Source: Octopus bimaculoides (Eukaryota). Taken from it: 64,000 nt of DNA. The stretch covers positions 93,275,424 through 93,339,423 of the forward strand of contig NC_068982.1 of NCBI RefSeq assembly GCF_001194135.2, written 5' to 3'. Position 1 is the first letter of the stretch. The number at the start of each line of letters is the position of its first letter. The position numbers and the translations under genes were made by a program. The notes under the pieces were generated by a model. That model was given only the letters and a program-made list of their open reading frames with translations. It searched no databases and was not told where the DNA came from. Shown one piece after another: positions 50,388 to 61,413 of this stretch.

Positions 50388-50965
50388 CTACTCGAATACT
50401 GCTCCCCACACAAAACATCACGAGGATTGAAACACCCCAGAGGGCACTCACTAAACGAATTGAAGGCATGACTGATCTCGATTACTGGGACCGCCTTAAA
50501 GCCTTCAAACTCTACACTCTCCAGCGCCGCCGCGAGCGGTACATCATTTGTACGATGTAGAGAATATATCGCCACCATTATCAAAACGAACTGAAGATTA
50601 GTTTCAAGGTTCATCCAAAGCTGGGACCACGGGTCATACGTCCCCTGCCCAATTCAAGATCACAACATATAGGTACACTGCGACATAATTTCTTTTCCTC
50701 AACAGGCCCTGCTCTGTATAAAAGTTGTCCCAAAACTGATCAAAGAAGAAAAGGATCCCATCACCTTTAAACGGAGTCTGGACAGATATCTTCAAGGAAT
50801 ACCAGATAAGCCACCCATACCTGGATACAACTCACTCAACAAAAACTTACTAATTGAATGAACCATAAACAAAACTTGACTTAAACAGGATGTAGATAAT
50901 CCTATCAGGTGGTGCTATTAAGTTAGACATGGCCTGGACCAATTTTGGGTCGAAACGCATCTAAG
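50388..50965 (+). mobile_element. 5'-truncated CR1/L2-group LINE 3' end
   Basis: LLEYCSP..QRALTKRIEGMTDLDYWDRLKAFKLYTLQRRRERYIIC...HNFFSSTGPAL..FKRSLDRYLQGIPDKP.IPGY, then 3' UTR with (AAGTTTAT) tail repeats. Confidence 0.88.
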
Positions 50966-50993
50966 TTTATGTAAGTTTATATAGATACACACA

Positions 50994-51045
<52 letters not shown>

Positions 51046-51989
51046 NNNNNNNNNNNNNNNNNNNNNNNNNNNNNNNNNNNNNNNNNNNNNNNNNNNNNNN
51101 NNNNNNNNNNNNNNNNNNNNNNNNNNNNNNNNNNNNNNNNNNNNNNNNNNNNNNNNNNNNNNNNNNNNNNNNNNNNNNNNNNNNNNNNNNNNNNNNNNNN
51201 NNNNNNNNNNNNNNNNNNNNNNNNNNNNNNNNNNNNNNNNNNNNNNNNNNNNNNNNNNNNNNNNNNNNNNNNNNNNNNNNNNNNNNNNNNNNNNNNNNNN
51301 NNNNNNNNNNNNNNNNNNNNNNNNNNNNNNNNNNNNNNNNNNNNNNNNNNNNNNNNNNNNNNNNNNNNNNNNNNNNNNNNNNNNNNNNNNNNNNNNNNNN
51401 NNNNNNNNNNNNNNNNNNNNNNNNNNNNNNNNNNNNNNNNNNNNNNNNNNNNNNNNNNNNNNNNNNNNNNNNNNNNNNNNNNNNNNNNNNNNNNNNNNNN
51501 NNNNNNNNNNNNNNNNNNNNNNNNNNNNNNNNNNNNNNNNNNNNNNNNNNNNNNNNNNNNNNNNNNNNNNNNNNNNNNNNNNNNNNNNNNNNNNNNNNNN
51601 NNNNNNNNNNNNNNNNNNNNNNNNNNNNNNNNNNNNNNNNNNNNNNNNNNNNNNNNNNNNNNNNNNNNNNNNNNNNNNNNNNNNNNNNNNNNNNNNNNNN
51701 NNNNNNNNNNNNNNNNNNNNNNNNNNNNNNNNNNNNNNNNNNNNNNNNNNNNNNNNNNNNNNNNNNNNNNNNNNNNNNNNNNNNNNNNNNNNNNNNNNNN
51801 NNNNNNNNNNNNNNNNNNNNNNNNNNNNNNNNNNNNNNNNNNNNNNNNNNNNNNNNNNNNNNNNNNNNNNNNNNNNNNNNNNNNNNNNNNNNNNNNNNNN
51901 NNNNNNNNNNNNNNNNNNNNNNNNNNNNNNNNNNNNNNNNNNNNNNNNNNNNNNNNNNNNATATACATATATATATATATATATATACA

Positions 51990-52029
<40 letters not shown>

Positions 52030-52244
52030 TATATATACATATATATAGACATATATATATAGATATATGTGCATATACATCTATAGATATGCATATATAT
52101 GCATATACATCTATATATATATACATATATACATCTATATATATACATGTGTATATATACATCTATAAATATACATCTATATATGCATACATATATATAC
52201 CTACATATATATGTACACACACATATATATACACATTTATACAT

Positions 52245-52850
52245 GCATATCCCGAAGTTGTGCCACCTACGGTGGAAGAAACGACCCCCATCCCTGAAGC
52301 TGAAGAATTACTTATCTTTTTCTATAAGGGCGGGGAGGTGGAAAGAATAGAAGAATTACAAAAAAAGATATGGCCTGCACACGGGATCCCGAATGGCCTC
52401 CGCAGTTAGCTGTGGAGGTCATAATGCTTTCCGTGTGGGAAAAGCTTAGAAGATTAAAGAGCAAAGTGCGTACAGCAGGTTGTGCTCCGCTAAACGTACT
52501 CAAATTCAACTGGGCAGCATATTGTTCAAGAGAAACATCAACTCCATCGATCCCACCAGCCTCGACAGGCTTCTTCATAGTTCCCTTTTCTTATATGTCA
52601 TTCACAAAGCTTTGCTCGACTTGGGTGTTTCGTAATTAATGCTTGCTTGGGGGTGCTGTGCAGTGGTATCGAACTCGAAGTAGCTAAATAAATTTCTTAA
52701 TCTTAGGGATATGCTTTTATACTTGAAGGCAGTGATTACAAGAGAAAGGCATCTAGATACTGCTGTAGTGTCTGTTGTAATAGAAGTAAACTGATAGAAA
52801 CAAAGAAGAATGTGGATAAAGAAAAATAAAGTCACCTGTTCATCTATCCT
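52245..52850. other. Unexplained coding-like island (probably a frameshifted plus-strand ORF of unknown family)
   Basis: Higher GC and complexity than the flanks; overlapping ORFs 52089-52409(+), 52370-52639(+), 52312-52578(-), 52602-52835(-); no family recognised. Confidence 0.3.
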
Positions 52851-53267
52851 TCACCTCAAAATTTGTAACAAATTGTACTCTTAGGTTGTGTATATATTGT
52901 TAGGATAAGAAATTTACCCATAGGAGGTAAAGTAATCAGAAACACTGCTTATACAATCAATCCACCTGTATATAACGTATACATACATATACCAGTCTCG
53001 AAGAACCCTCAAAGGCTACGTACACAACCTTGAGTTCTAGACCAAAGGAAAGAAAATGTGTGTGTGTGTGCGTTGTGCACGTGCGCACACGTACATACAC
53101 CAAACACACACACACCTACACGCGCACGCGCACGCGCACACACCCACACCCACATGTATATTGGTTGTAGGTATATTGTAGGTACATCACATATGCACAC
53201 AAATATAAACAGCGTCTCTTAAACTTTAAGCATTGCTTCTTTGCCAATAACCCAAATTTATATAGTT

Positions 53268-53372
<105 letters not shown>

Positions 53373-53622
53373 CTGGAAAACATAAAGGAGTGTAGAGAGC
53401 AATAATTAACGTAAAAGAAAGTACCAAGGGACTGATATTTTGAAATATTATCATTAATAGCAATAATAAAAAGTACGAGTTAATTCCCTACCCATTCATA
53501 CATAATTGATACACAACCTGTAAGTACAGCTTTTCCTGAACACAAGCTAGTATCAAAATGCACACACACACGCACGCTGGCACGCGCACGCACACGCACA
53601 TGAACATACAAATACATACATC

Positions 53623-54008
53623 TGTTGTTGGCACTCCGTCGCTTACGACGACGACGAGGGTTCCAGTTGATCAGATCAACGGAACAGCCTGCTCGTGAAA
53701 TTAACGTGCAAGTGGCTGAGCACTCCACAGACACGTGTACCCTTAACGTAGTTCTCAGGGATATTCAGCGTGACATAGTGTGACAAGGCTGGCCCTTTGA
53801 AATACAGGTACAACAGAAACAGGAAGTAAGAGTGAGAGAAAGTTGTGGTGAAAGAGTACAGCAGGGTTCGCCACCATCCCCTGCCGGAGCCTCGTGGAGC
53901 TGTTAGGTGTTTTCGCTCAAGAAACACTCACAATGCCCGGTCTGGGAATCGAAACCGCGATCCTATGACCGCGAGTCCGGTGCCCTAACCACTGGGCCAT
54001 TGCGCCTC
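53623..54008 (-). mobile_element. tRNA-derived SINE family B, full length (second copy)
   Basis: Near-identical to 25626-26015; A box TGGCCCAGTGG, B box GGTTTCGATTCC, (CAA)n tail. Confidence 0.92.
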
Positions 54009-54304
54009 ATCAAATACATACATACATACATACATACATACATACATACATACATACATACGCTGTTTTTATACCACCTTTTTTTTCACATTTCTGCTCT
54101 GACTACTTTGTGTATGTATGTGAGCGTTGTTATAGTTGTGTGCCTGCTTTCCAGTGCAAACCGGTGTTGTACTCATAATGTCAAAGCATAATTTAGCGAA
54201 TCGGTAAATATAGACCGATGAAATAAGTGCTAGTATCGATATGATTCGCTAAACCCTTTGAAAGTGCTGCTCTAGCTTGACTACATTCCAGTAACTAAAT
54301 GCTA

Positions 54305-54480
54305 CTAAAAGAACATATTAATCTAGTCGAGCTAACGATTCTTCATAGTGATAACATGGACACCGCTCGGGCTCGAAAGATTGACAATTATGTAAACCTT
54401 CTCGAGGAATGTGAAGACGCTGGCTGGAAAGTATTTTCCAATCGAAGTCAGATGTACAGGATTCGTTGGACGCAGTGTAT
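54305..54480 (+). mobile_element. RLE-type (HERO/NeSL/R2-group-like) non-LTR retrotransposon endonuclease fragment
   Basis: HINLVELTILHSDNMDTARARKIDNYVNLLEECEDAGWKV-(frameshift)-PIEVRCTGFVGRSV resembles LVELTVPWEDN.E.A.ERK..RY..L..ECE..GW....IEVGCRGFVG.S. Confidence 0.65.
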
Positions 54481-54504
54481 ATGTGTATGTTTATCATTTA
54501 TTAT

Positions 54505-54815
54505 TTTTATCTTTTATCTGTTTCAGTCACTAGAATCAATTCCAAGAACGAATCAATTCCAAGAACGAATCAATTCCAAGAACGAATCAATTCCAAGAAC
54601 GAATCAATTCCAAGANNNNNNNNNNATCAATTCCAAGAACGAATCAATTCCAAGAACGAATCAATTCCAAGAACGAATCAATTCCAAGAACGAATCAATT
54701 CCAAGAACTTATGTTTTTGAAGCCTTGTAATCATTCTATGGGTCTCTTTTGCCAAACCACTAATTTACAGGGATCTAAACACACCAACACCTGTTATCAA
54801 GCAATGGTGTGGGAT
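54505..54815 (-). mobile_element. 3' part of SINE family C hosting a minisatellite
   Basis: Flanks tttatcttttatctgtttcagtcact and gtctcttttgccaaaccactaatttacagggatctaaac are reverse complements of the 24805-24972 copy. Confidence 0.7.
54533..54708. repeat. 17-bp minisatellite (GAATCAATTCCAAGAAC)n, at least 10 perfect units, collapsed around a 10-N gap
   Basis: Directly counted: 4 full + 1 partial before the gap, 1 partial + 4 full after. Confidence 0.95.
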
Positions 54816-54832
54816 AAACACACACACACAAA

Positions 54833-54911
<79 letters not shown>

Positions 54912-55391
54912 GTGCATGTAAATATATATCTCGGTGTGTGTTTATATGTGTGTATATGCGTGCGCGCAAGTGCCTGCATGTATGTGTGTACGTGTATGGT
55001 GCTAACTGTTGATACTTATATCAATATTACTCTTTATACTTCAGCATTTATATTCTTACGATGTGTATTAGATTACATTAATGCATTCTGTGTTAATATA
55101 GCATAAAGATAAATTTCAAAATATAGGTATATGTATTTATATATTTATGTGTGTGTGTGTTTGTGTGCTATCGTGAGTGGATGTGGATGTGTAGACGTGC
55201 TTTTTCTTTGTTTTACATGCATACATATGTGTATATGTTTGTTTGTGTGCGTGTGTGAGTGAGTGAGTGAGTGAGTGAGTAGGTGTGTATGTGTATCCTA
55301 CTTAGTAAACCATACAAACAGGTCAAATTTAGCTTTTCTCCGAAGACTTAAAACTAACGAAATCTTAATCGATTTTCGTAGACTTTCTTGA

Positions 55392-55438
<47 letters not shown>

Positions 55439-55587
55439 CATTTATATATGAATATATAAATACACATATGTACAAACATACGTTTGTACAACCGTTTGTG
55501 CAACCGTTTCTAATCTATTTCCAATATGTAAGAAATATTTTCTGTTTCAATAAGTGTTTGCGGTGTTTAATTTGTTTTGTTTTCGCT

Positions 55588-55660
55588 ACAGATGGTGTCA
55601 CGCCATTCAGTACTTTTTAGGTGTTATTTGACGATGCATTTGTTATTCTAGCATAATGTC
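55588..55660 (+). mobile_element. Possible piggyBac transposase N-terminal remnant
   Basis: After a strong acceptor-like tttgttttgttttcgctacag, translation (D)GVTPFSTF*VLFDDAFV resembles TP.D.F.LFFDD of piggyBac transposases. Short and stop-containing. Confidence 0.3.
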
Positions 55661-56534
55661 ATCATAAGCTTGATGTTTTTGAATAATTTAAGTTAGCCCA
55701 TATCTTTTTGCATGGCCTCGGAGATAGGTGAGATTTCTACAGTTTATAACTCATCTGAAAATCTATAGAAAAAACTGTGGAGAGGGAGGTAACCGGGTTT
55801 TATTCAGAATGTTTATAACAGAATAAACTCTGCTAAAAAGTTCCCTTGACCTGCTGAAGGTTGATATTAAACTGGGCGTGATGTTAAGCCTTTCACATAA
55901 AATACAATATACTATGCGTTCAGTTCACTGGGGTAACAGAAGAGCCAAAGAAAAGGTAAAAAAAAAAACATGGAAGAAGCAGTCTTGTTGTCAGATACAG
56001 CCTCTTTACATTTGCTAGTATCCTATTTTAAGGAATATAACAAAGACATAAGCGTCAGATTTGTCGAATGTATCAACCTGGCGCAATATGTACTTGGATT
56101 AGACAGCTCAAACGGAAATATAGATTGTATCGCTTATTACTAGTTTTCTACAAAAGTATAATGACATTGTAGTGACGCAAGTCATAATAAACCTTTATCG
56201 GCAGTAATATGATGTAATGGTCATGTTGCCCGAATAGGTATAATTGTTAGTTTCCCATTGGTTAAAATTACTACCCATATTCGTCAAAGAGAAATCTTTC
56301 ACGAAATACAGTTCTTAGAATTCAGGTATGAGCAGTTATAAAAACCCTGATTTTTGGGAGATTGATCAGTGTTCATTGGTTGTCACTCGATTCTACGACA
56401 CTCAATCTCAGTGTTCGCTGGTTGTCACTCATTTCCACGACACTCACTCTCTTGAGATATTGCCTATTGTTATTCTATGTCTATTATTTAATTCAACCAG
56501 ACTATTTTTAATTGTTGTGTAAAACTCTAGTAGC

Positions 56535-56722
56535 TTAGTATGGAAGAATTAGTTAATATAAATTTTATGTCGTAATCCTCTACGACAGTTTCCTTTTGAC
56601 TTCTTTGGCTGTCTGGTTGAATGCTTTATTAGAGTTTTTCTCTTTCCCTTCTATGTCAATATCTTTTGGAATCGCCTCAAACAAAGCATATTTATTCTTT
56701 AGTTCCACAATGAACTTGCTTT
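56535..56722 (-). mobile_element. RTE LINE linker fragment fused to the truncated Helitron
   Basis: SKFIVELKNKYALFEAIPKDIDIEGKEKNSNKAFNQTAKEV resembles F..EL.NRF.AL......DIE..W...K.A...TA.EV. Confidence 0.5.
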
Positions 56723-56724
56723 TG

Positions 56725-59700
56725 ATTGTCAACTTCTTCATTATTTGTTGTTAATATTGCTCATAAGGATACCTATTGGACATTGTTAAAAGTAACCTCT
56801 AAATCTTCATAGACATAGTTGATCAAATCCGCCTTGCTGTTGACTTGAAATTGCTGAGGAATCTTTATTACATCATCTTAAAAATTAAACAGAATGATAT
56901 GCCAGTCGAGCTTGAGAGGTGGTTTCATTATTGCTGAGAAAGTTTGGCACTCTCATATTAGTGGTAAGATGAAGTACTTCGCATCCGTGCCAAAATACGG
57001 ACTTTTTCAAGCATGCTCCGATTAGAGAAGACTTTTGTACTCTTCGAACTACTGGAAGAATTTGACGGAAATCACCACATATAATTATCAATTTGCCGCC
57101 AAAGATCAAGTCGTTGTTCATTACATCCTTCAATGTTCGATTCAGCGCTTCAAATAAATAACGATGACACATTGGTGCCTCGTCCCAAACAATCAAGCGT
57201 GCATCATGAAGCAGACGGCCAGTGACATTAATAGGAAATATTTTGCATGTTGAATTACAGTTTACCGGTATGGGGAGCTTGAATCGAGAGTGAGCAGTGC
57301 GACCTAGCTTCAATAGTGTCGCATCAATGCCTAATGATGTTGTAATAGCTAGTAGGTTGTTTTTACGCACATAAGAAGAAAAGTTTTGCCAGTACCCCTG
57401 GGTGCAGCAATAAATATCAAACCACCTTCATTTCTATCAATTCTCTGTTGACTATTTTCAAAAATGATTCTCTGGTCATTATTTAGCATATGGATGTTAG
57501 CATTGAAAAATTCTTCTGCATATGGATCCATCTCATCTTCATGAAGTAGAACAATCCATTCGGAAATCCTGAATAGCAGGCAATCCAAAAAATATTGTAC
57601 TACAGTCATACTGACCCATGCGATGATCCAGTTCACACAGCATATCATTCAGGGCTATATCCAAAGCTGCTTTATGAGAAAAATTGTGTTGTCTCATTTG
57701 ATGGAAGTAATCTTGGCAAAGATCTTCGCGAAACATGTTGTATAATTCTAGTGGATGGAGAGCAAAACTGAAGAATACTGACAAACAAATTCCGTAAATC
57801 ATTCGCTGGACATATTGTTCTTGCCTCATTTAGACAAAGTTCCCATTCTTGGTCATTTTCTAATAGATTCATCATTTGACATGCGTGCTTAAAATTTTCG
57901 CAAACAACACTGTTAATTGTGATTATATTTTCAAAGCTTGTCGCTTCCGCTTTATAGTCTAAGATAAAATAGCTCCCCTTGCGATGGATGTACTGCGTAC
58001 ACTCTACCAATAGCTTCTGGAATATCATCATTTTGTCTAACTCTTCTCCTCCAACTTTTATCATTGTTACACCAAGTATAATGCTGTGGAAAGTCACAAT
58101 AGAGGATATATTTTGCTAAGGGATCTTCTTCATTCATCTTGAAATATGCTGTCAATTTGGTCGATCTATTTTTTGCCAAAGCTCCTTGTGCATGATTCGG
58201 ATTAAACAATCATCTGTTGATCTGGCAAGTGTATCGGCGAGCATTCAACAGCAGGCTACCTTTGCTGAACTGGAAACTCAAATAATCTCCAGCAAGCCTC
58301 TCACGCGCCAATATAGCGGCAATTTTCGTAATTCGAATTTTCATCCATTTGATTTTCGCTGCCAACATTAAGACGCACGCCATCTTGTCTGTGTAAAGAA
58401 ACTGTCCCATGGTCAACACCTTCGAAAATGTACTTGTAAAGATATTTCACAGCCTTAATAGATGCACACCATTCAAAATTAATATGCGCCTCGTACTTCT
58501 GCAACAACCAAGCATTATAAGGAACTACATAACGGTCATCAACAACAATTCCTCTATTTCCAATATGTATTGAAGCTGTTAAGCCACCATCTCGAGAGTT
58601 TCGGCGACGATATTGTGGATAAGAATAATTTCCAATTAAGGTGTGTGATCTGTAATCTCTTGGATATCTTTTACTGTAAACACCATTCACCAGGCAGAGT
58701 GAATTTAAATTATCTTTTCCGCAGGTTCCATGTATCATGTGTTTCTTCACCAAGGAATAAAGATGTGATGTTAACGGGTTTTCGGGATTAGGAAGTTCAG
58801 CCGTAACAATTTTATCAAATTTATTGCCATGTATTGTGATGAATTTGTATTATGAATAAGAAATGGCAATGAGGTAATCCTCTTTTTTGAAATTCCACTG
58901 TGTTCACACAAGCAATAAGTTTCCCAAGGACTCCTGATTTGATATCGTGCAATAGTTGCTGTTGCTTTAATTTAAATACTCTTGTAGTGATATCTGGTCG
59001 GTCAACTGCCGTCTGGCCCACAGAAAGCTCGTTAACCTATTTTATGTCATTTTGGGTTGCATGTAAAAGTCAAAAAGAAAGTAGATTTGCCAAACTTTCT
59101 AACTGTGGCCATTGTATCCTGGTAGTGTTTTGCCATATATCGCGGACTTCCTGTAAATGAACTTGGCAATATATATCTACGACCAGTACGATCAGTATCA
59201 CATGCAAGTATAGCATCTTGTAAGCCATTATATAAATCAGCTTTTAAGGTTGCTTGATTATTATGAACATATCGTAGACGGGTGGATTGTACTTTGGCAC
59301 ATTGGTCTATACAGTATTGCTGAAACAAACGCTGACCTAATTGCAATATATTTGTAGATCCTGTTCTTTTCATGATGCGATAACAATAAAATTGAACTAC
59401 TGAAATTTGACAGTTGCCATTTTCATTCATTAATCCAAGGTGCCACCCATCTAGGCCAGAAAGAAAAAAAAACACGGGTACAACATTGGGTCGTATGATC
59501 GATGCGAGTCACTTAATATTTGTAAAGATTTTTTGCTATTCTCTGTTCTGAATTTTGTTACGACCATTCGTTCTGAACAATTCGTTTCCTCATTAAGATT
59601 ATTTGGTATAAGAATAGCAAGCTCATTAGAGGTTGGTAGATTACATCTCCAAGAATGTTCCCCATGAGGTTTTTCATCCGCATGTGAGCCGACTGACAGA

Positions 59701-60755
59701 CACATCAGCAGGAATAACCCTAACCCTAACCCTAATTTGCTCTTGCACGGATAGAAAAGATTGTAAGTATTTCCAGCAGATATCATAGCAGAATGAATTT
59801 TTCGAAATATGTTTACATCGAAGACTTGGTTTGCATTGTCAAGAGGCATTCTTTCCATTCGTTTCCTTATTTGTTCTTCATGATCATAGAAATACGTTTG
59901 TAAGCTAGACGGGACAGTTCCTATTTGGTTTCTAGGAGCTCCAAAAAATCTATAAACAATTCCATGTATTCTGTAATTTGTTATTCTTCTCAGTACTGAA
60001 GCGTCATCTACTTTCATAGAACACATTGCCATAGCACTGGTGAACCTTCGAATATTACATTTGAAATATTTTGCTTCAGGAGTATTAGAAAGAAAGAGAT
60101 CAGCAAGTTCATTCGGTAAGTCAGGGATATTATTAATTTTTATCATTCCTGATTTACAGCATATACCAAAACTGGGATTGTTCGTTGTTCCTCCTGTACA
60201 CTCTCCAATAAACATCAAAGCATGAGGCCACAACTATGGCGAGCAACGTCAACGAGAACCTGCAGACGTCCATCTATATCATATTGTCGAGCTATACTAA
60301 GAGTCAGCCTACTATTGAGTTGCCGACGTCTTCTGTGTTGTGCTGCATTTTGTTCTAAAATCTGCTCGCATTGTTCTCATGACAGTTGTTGCCTTGCATT
60401 TCGATGCTGAGCAGCATTTTGTTCTAAAATTTGCCTTCTTCACTCCAGTGACTGCGCTAAACGGAGCTGACACTATCTTTCTGTGTTCCTTTTACGTTGC
60501 TCTTCCTTCTGTCCTTGAGTTTGCCTCAATCTTCGTAATTGTTGACTCAAGCATTTTGTAGTTTTATAATTGGACTGTTCCTCTTCCATGGTCAAATCTT
60601 AATTAAATATTTATTAATTAAATAGAATAGTATGAAAATAAAAACATAATAGTGAGACAGGCGATTATATTATGATGACAATATTGGTATCCTATTTACA
60701 CAACGTGAGGTATAAAAATAACCAAACTTTCTCACAAACATTCACATACATACTT
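56725..60755 (-). mobile_element. Decayed autonomous-type Helitron (RepHel: HUH Rep + PIF1 helicase), 3'-truncated
   Basis: ATG at 60589; N-terminal 69-bp (23-aa) LEQNAAQHR repeats; CCKSG; HADEKPHGEH..NLPT.NE; YILPSSFTGSPRYM..YQD; FLTFTCNPK; HUH motif EFQKRGLPHCHFL (~58860-58895); KHMIHGTCG; KYLYKY; Walker A APRGTGKT; IVWDEAPM; GDFRQILPVV; AILTTNNEEVD. Many frameshifts and stops; 5' boundary approximate; no CTAG end found. Confidence 0.96.
59715..59735 (-). repeat. Interstitial telomere-type repeat (TTAGGG)3+ inside the Helitron ORF
   Basis: Plus strand TAACCCTAACCCTAACCCTAA. Confidence 0.9.
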
Positions 60756-61061
60756 AAACGTGTGTGTGTGTGTGTGCGCGTGCACACACACACACACACA
60801 CATACATGTTGTTTTTATCTGAGACACACAAATAAGACTGAATGAAAGAACATTAAAAAGCTATTGAAACGGTAAATATTAAGAATTACACCAACTCCTG
60901 CATTTTAACAATCTACAGCATCTTGTCTTTCTATCTGTGTATCTTCCCCCCTCTCCCTCTCCTTTCTTCCTCAATATTTCTTTCTTTCTTTCTTTCCTTC
61001 TTTCTTTCTTTCACTCTCTATTTAATGAAGACTTCCGACAAACGGAACAAAACGGACGTAC

Positions 61062-61153
61062 ATAGCTGTCATTATTGTAAGGATTGAACAATTTGGTGTG
61101 TGACTTATCAATGTACACAACGAGTTTATTTGCTGTAGGTGCCGGGAAGATAC
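61062..61153 (-). CDS. Putative internal coding exon (92 nt) of an unidentified minus-strand gene
   Basis: Strong acceptor TTTCTTTTCTTCCTTCAG|G, donor TAT|GTACGT, open frame (G)IFPAPTANKLVVYIDKSHTKLFNPYNNDSY; complex sequence between CT/CA microsatellites. No homology recognised. Confidence 0.33.
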
Positions 61154-61373
61154 CTGAAGGAAGAAAAGAAATATTATCTTTTTCTGTTTTTCTATGTATG
61201 ATATTTTCTCCTTTTATCATTATCAAAGAAAATATTTCATTCAAAACGATGGATTATGTTTCAGTTACAATTTATATGAAATAAAATTTCAAAATAGTGA
61301 AAGAAGGAAAAAAATTCAGTTTCATTTTGACGACAAACGCTGTTTCATACATACAAAAATTCATATATTTCCC

Positions 61374-61413
<40 letters not shown>

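Noticed and set aside
50925-50960. GACC-loop-GGTC-GAAAC hairpin at the LINE 3' end, resembling hammerhead stem II
   Set aside because: No CUGANGA core; more simply a LINE 3' UTR stem-loop.
54533-54708. Regular 17-bp repeat resembling a CRISPR array
   Set aside because: No unique spacers, eukaryotic context, no cas genes; it is a minisatellite.
56367-56450. Imperfect 42-bp tandem duplication (also a ~33-bp one at ~19579-19650)
   Set aside because: Ordinary local slippage duplications; no further structure.
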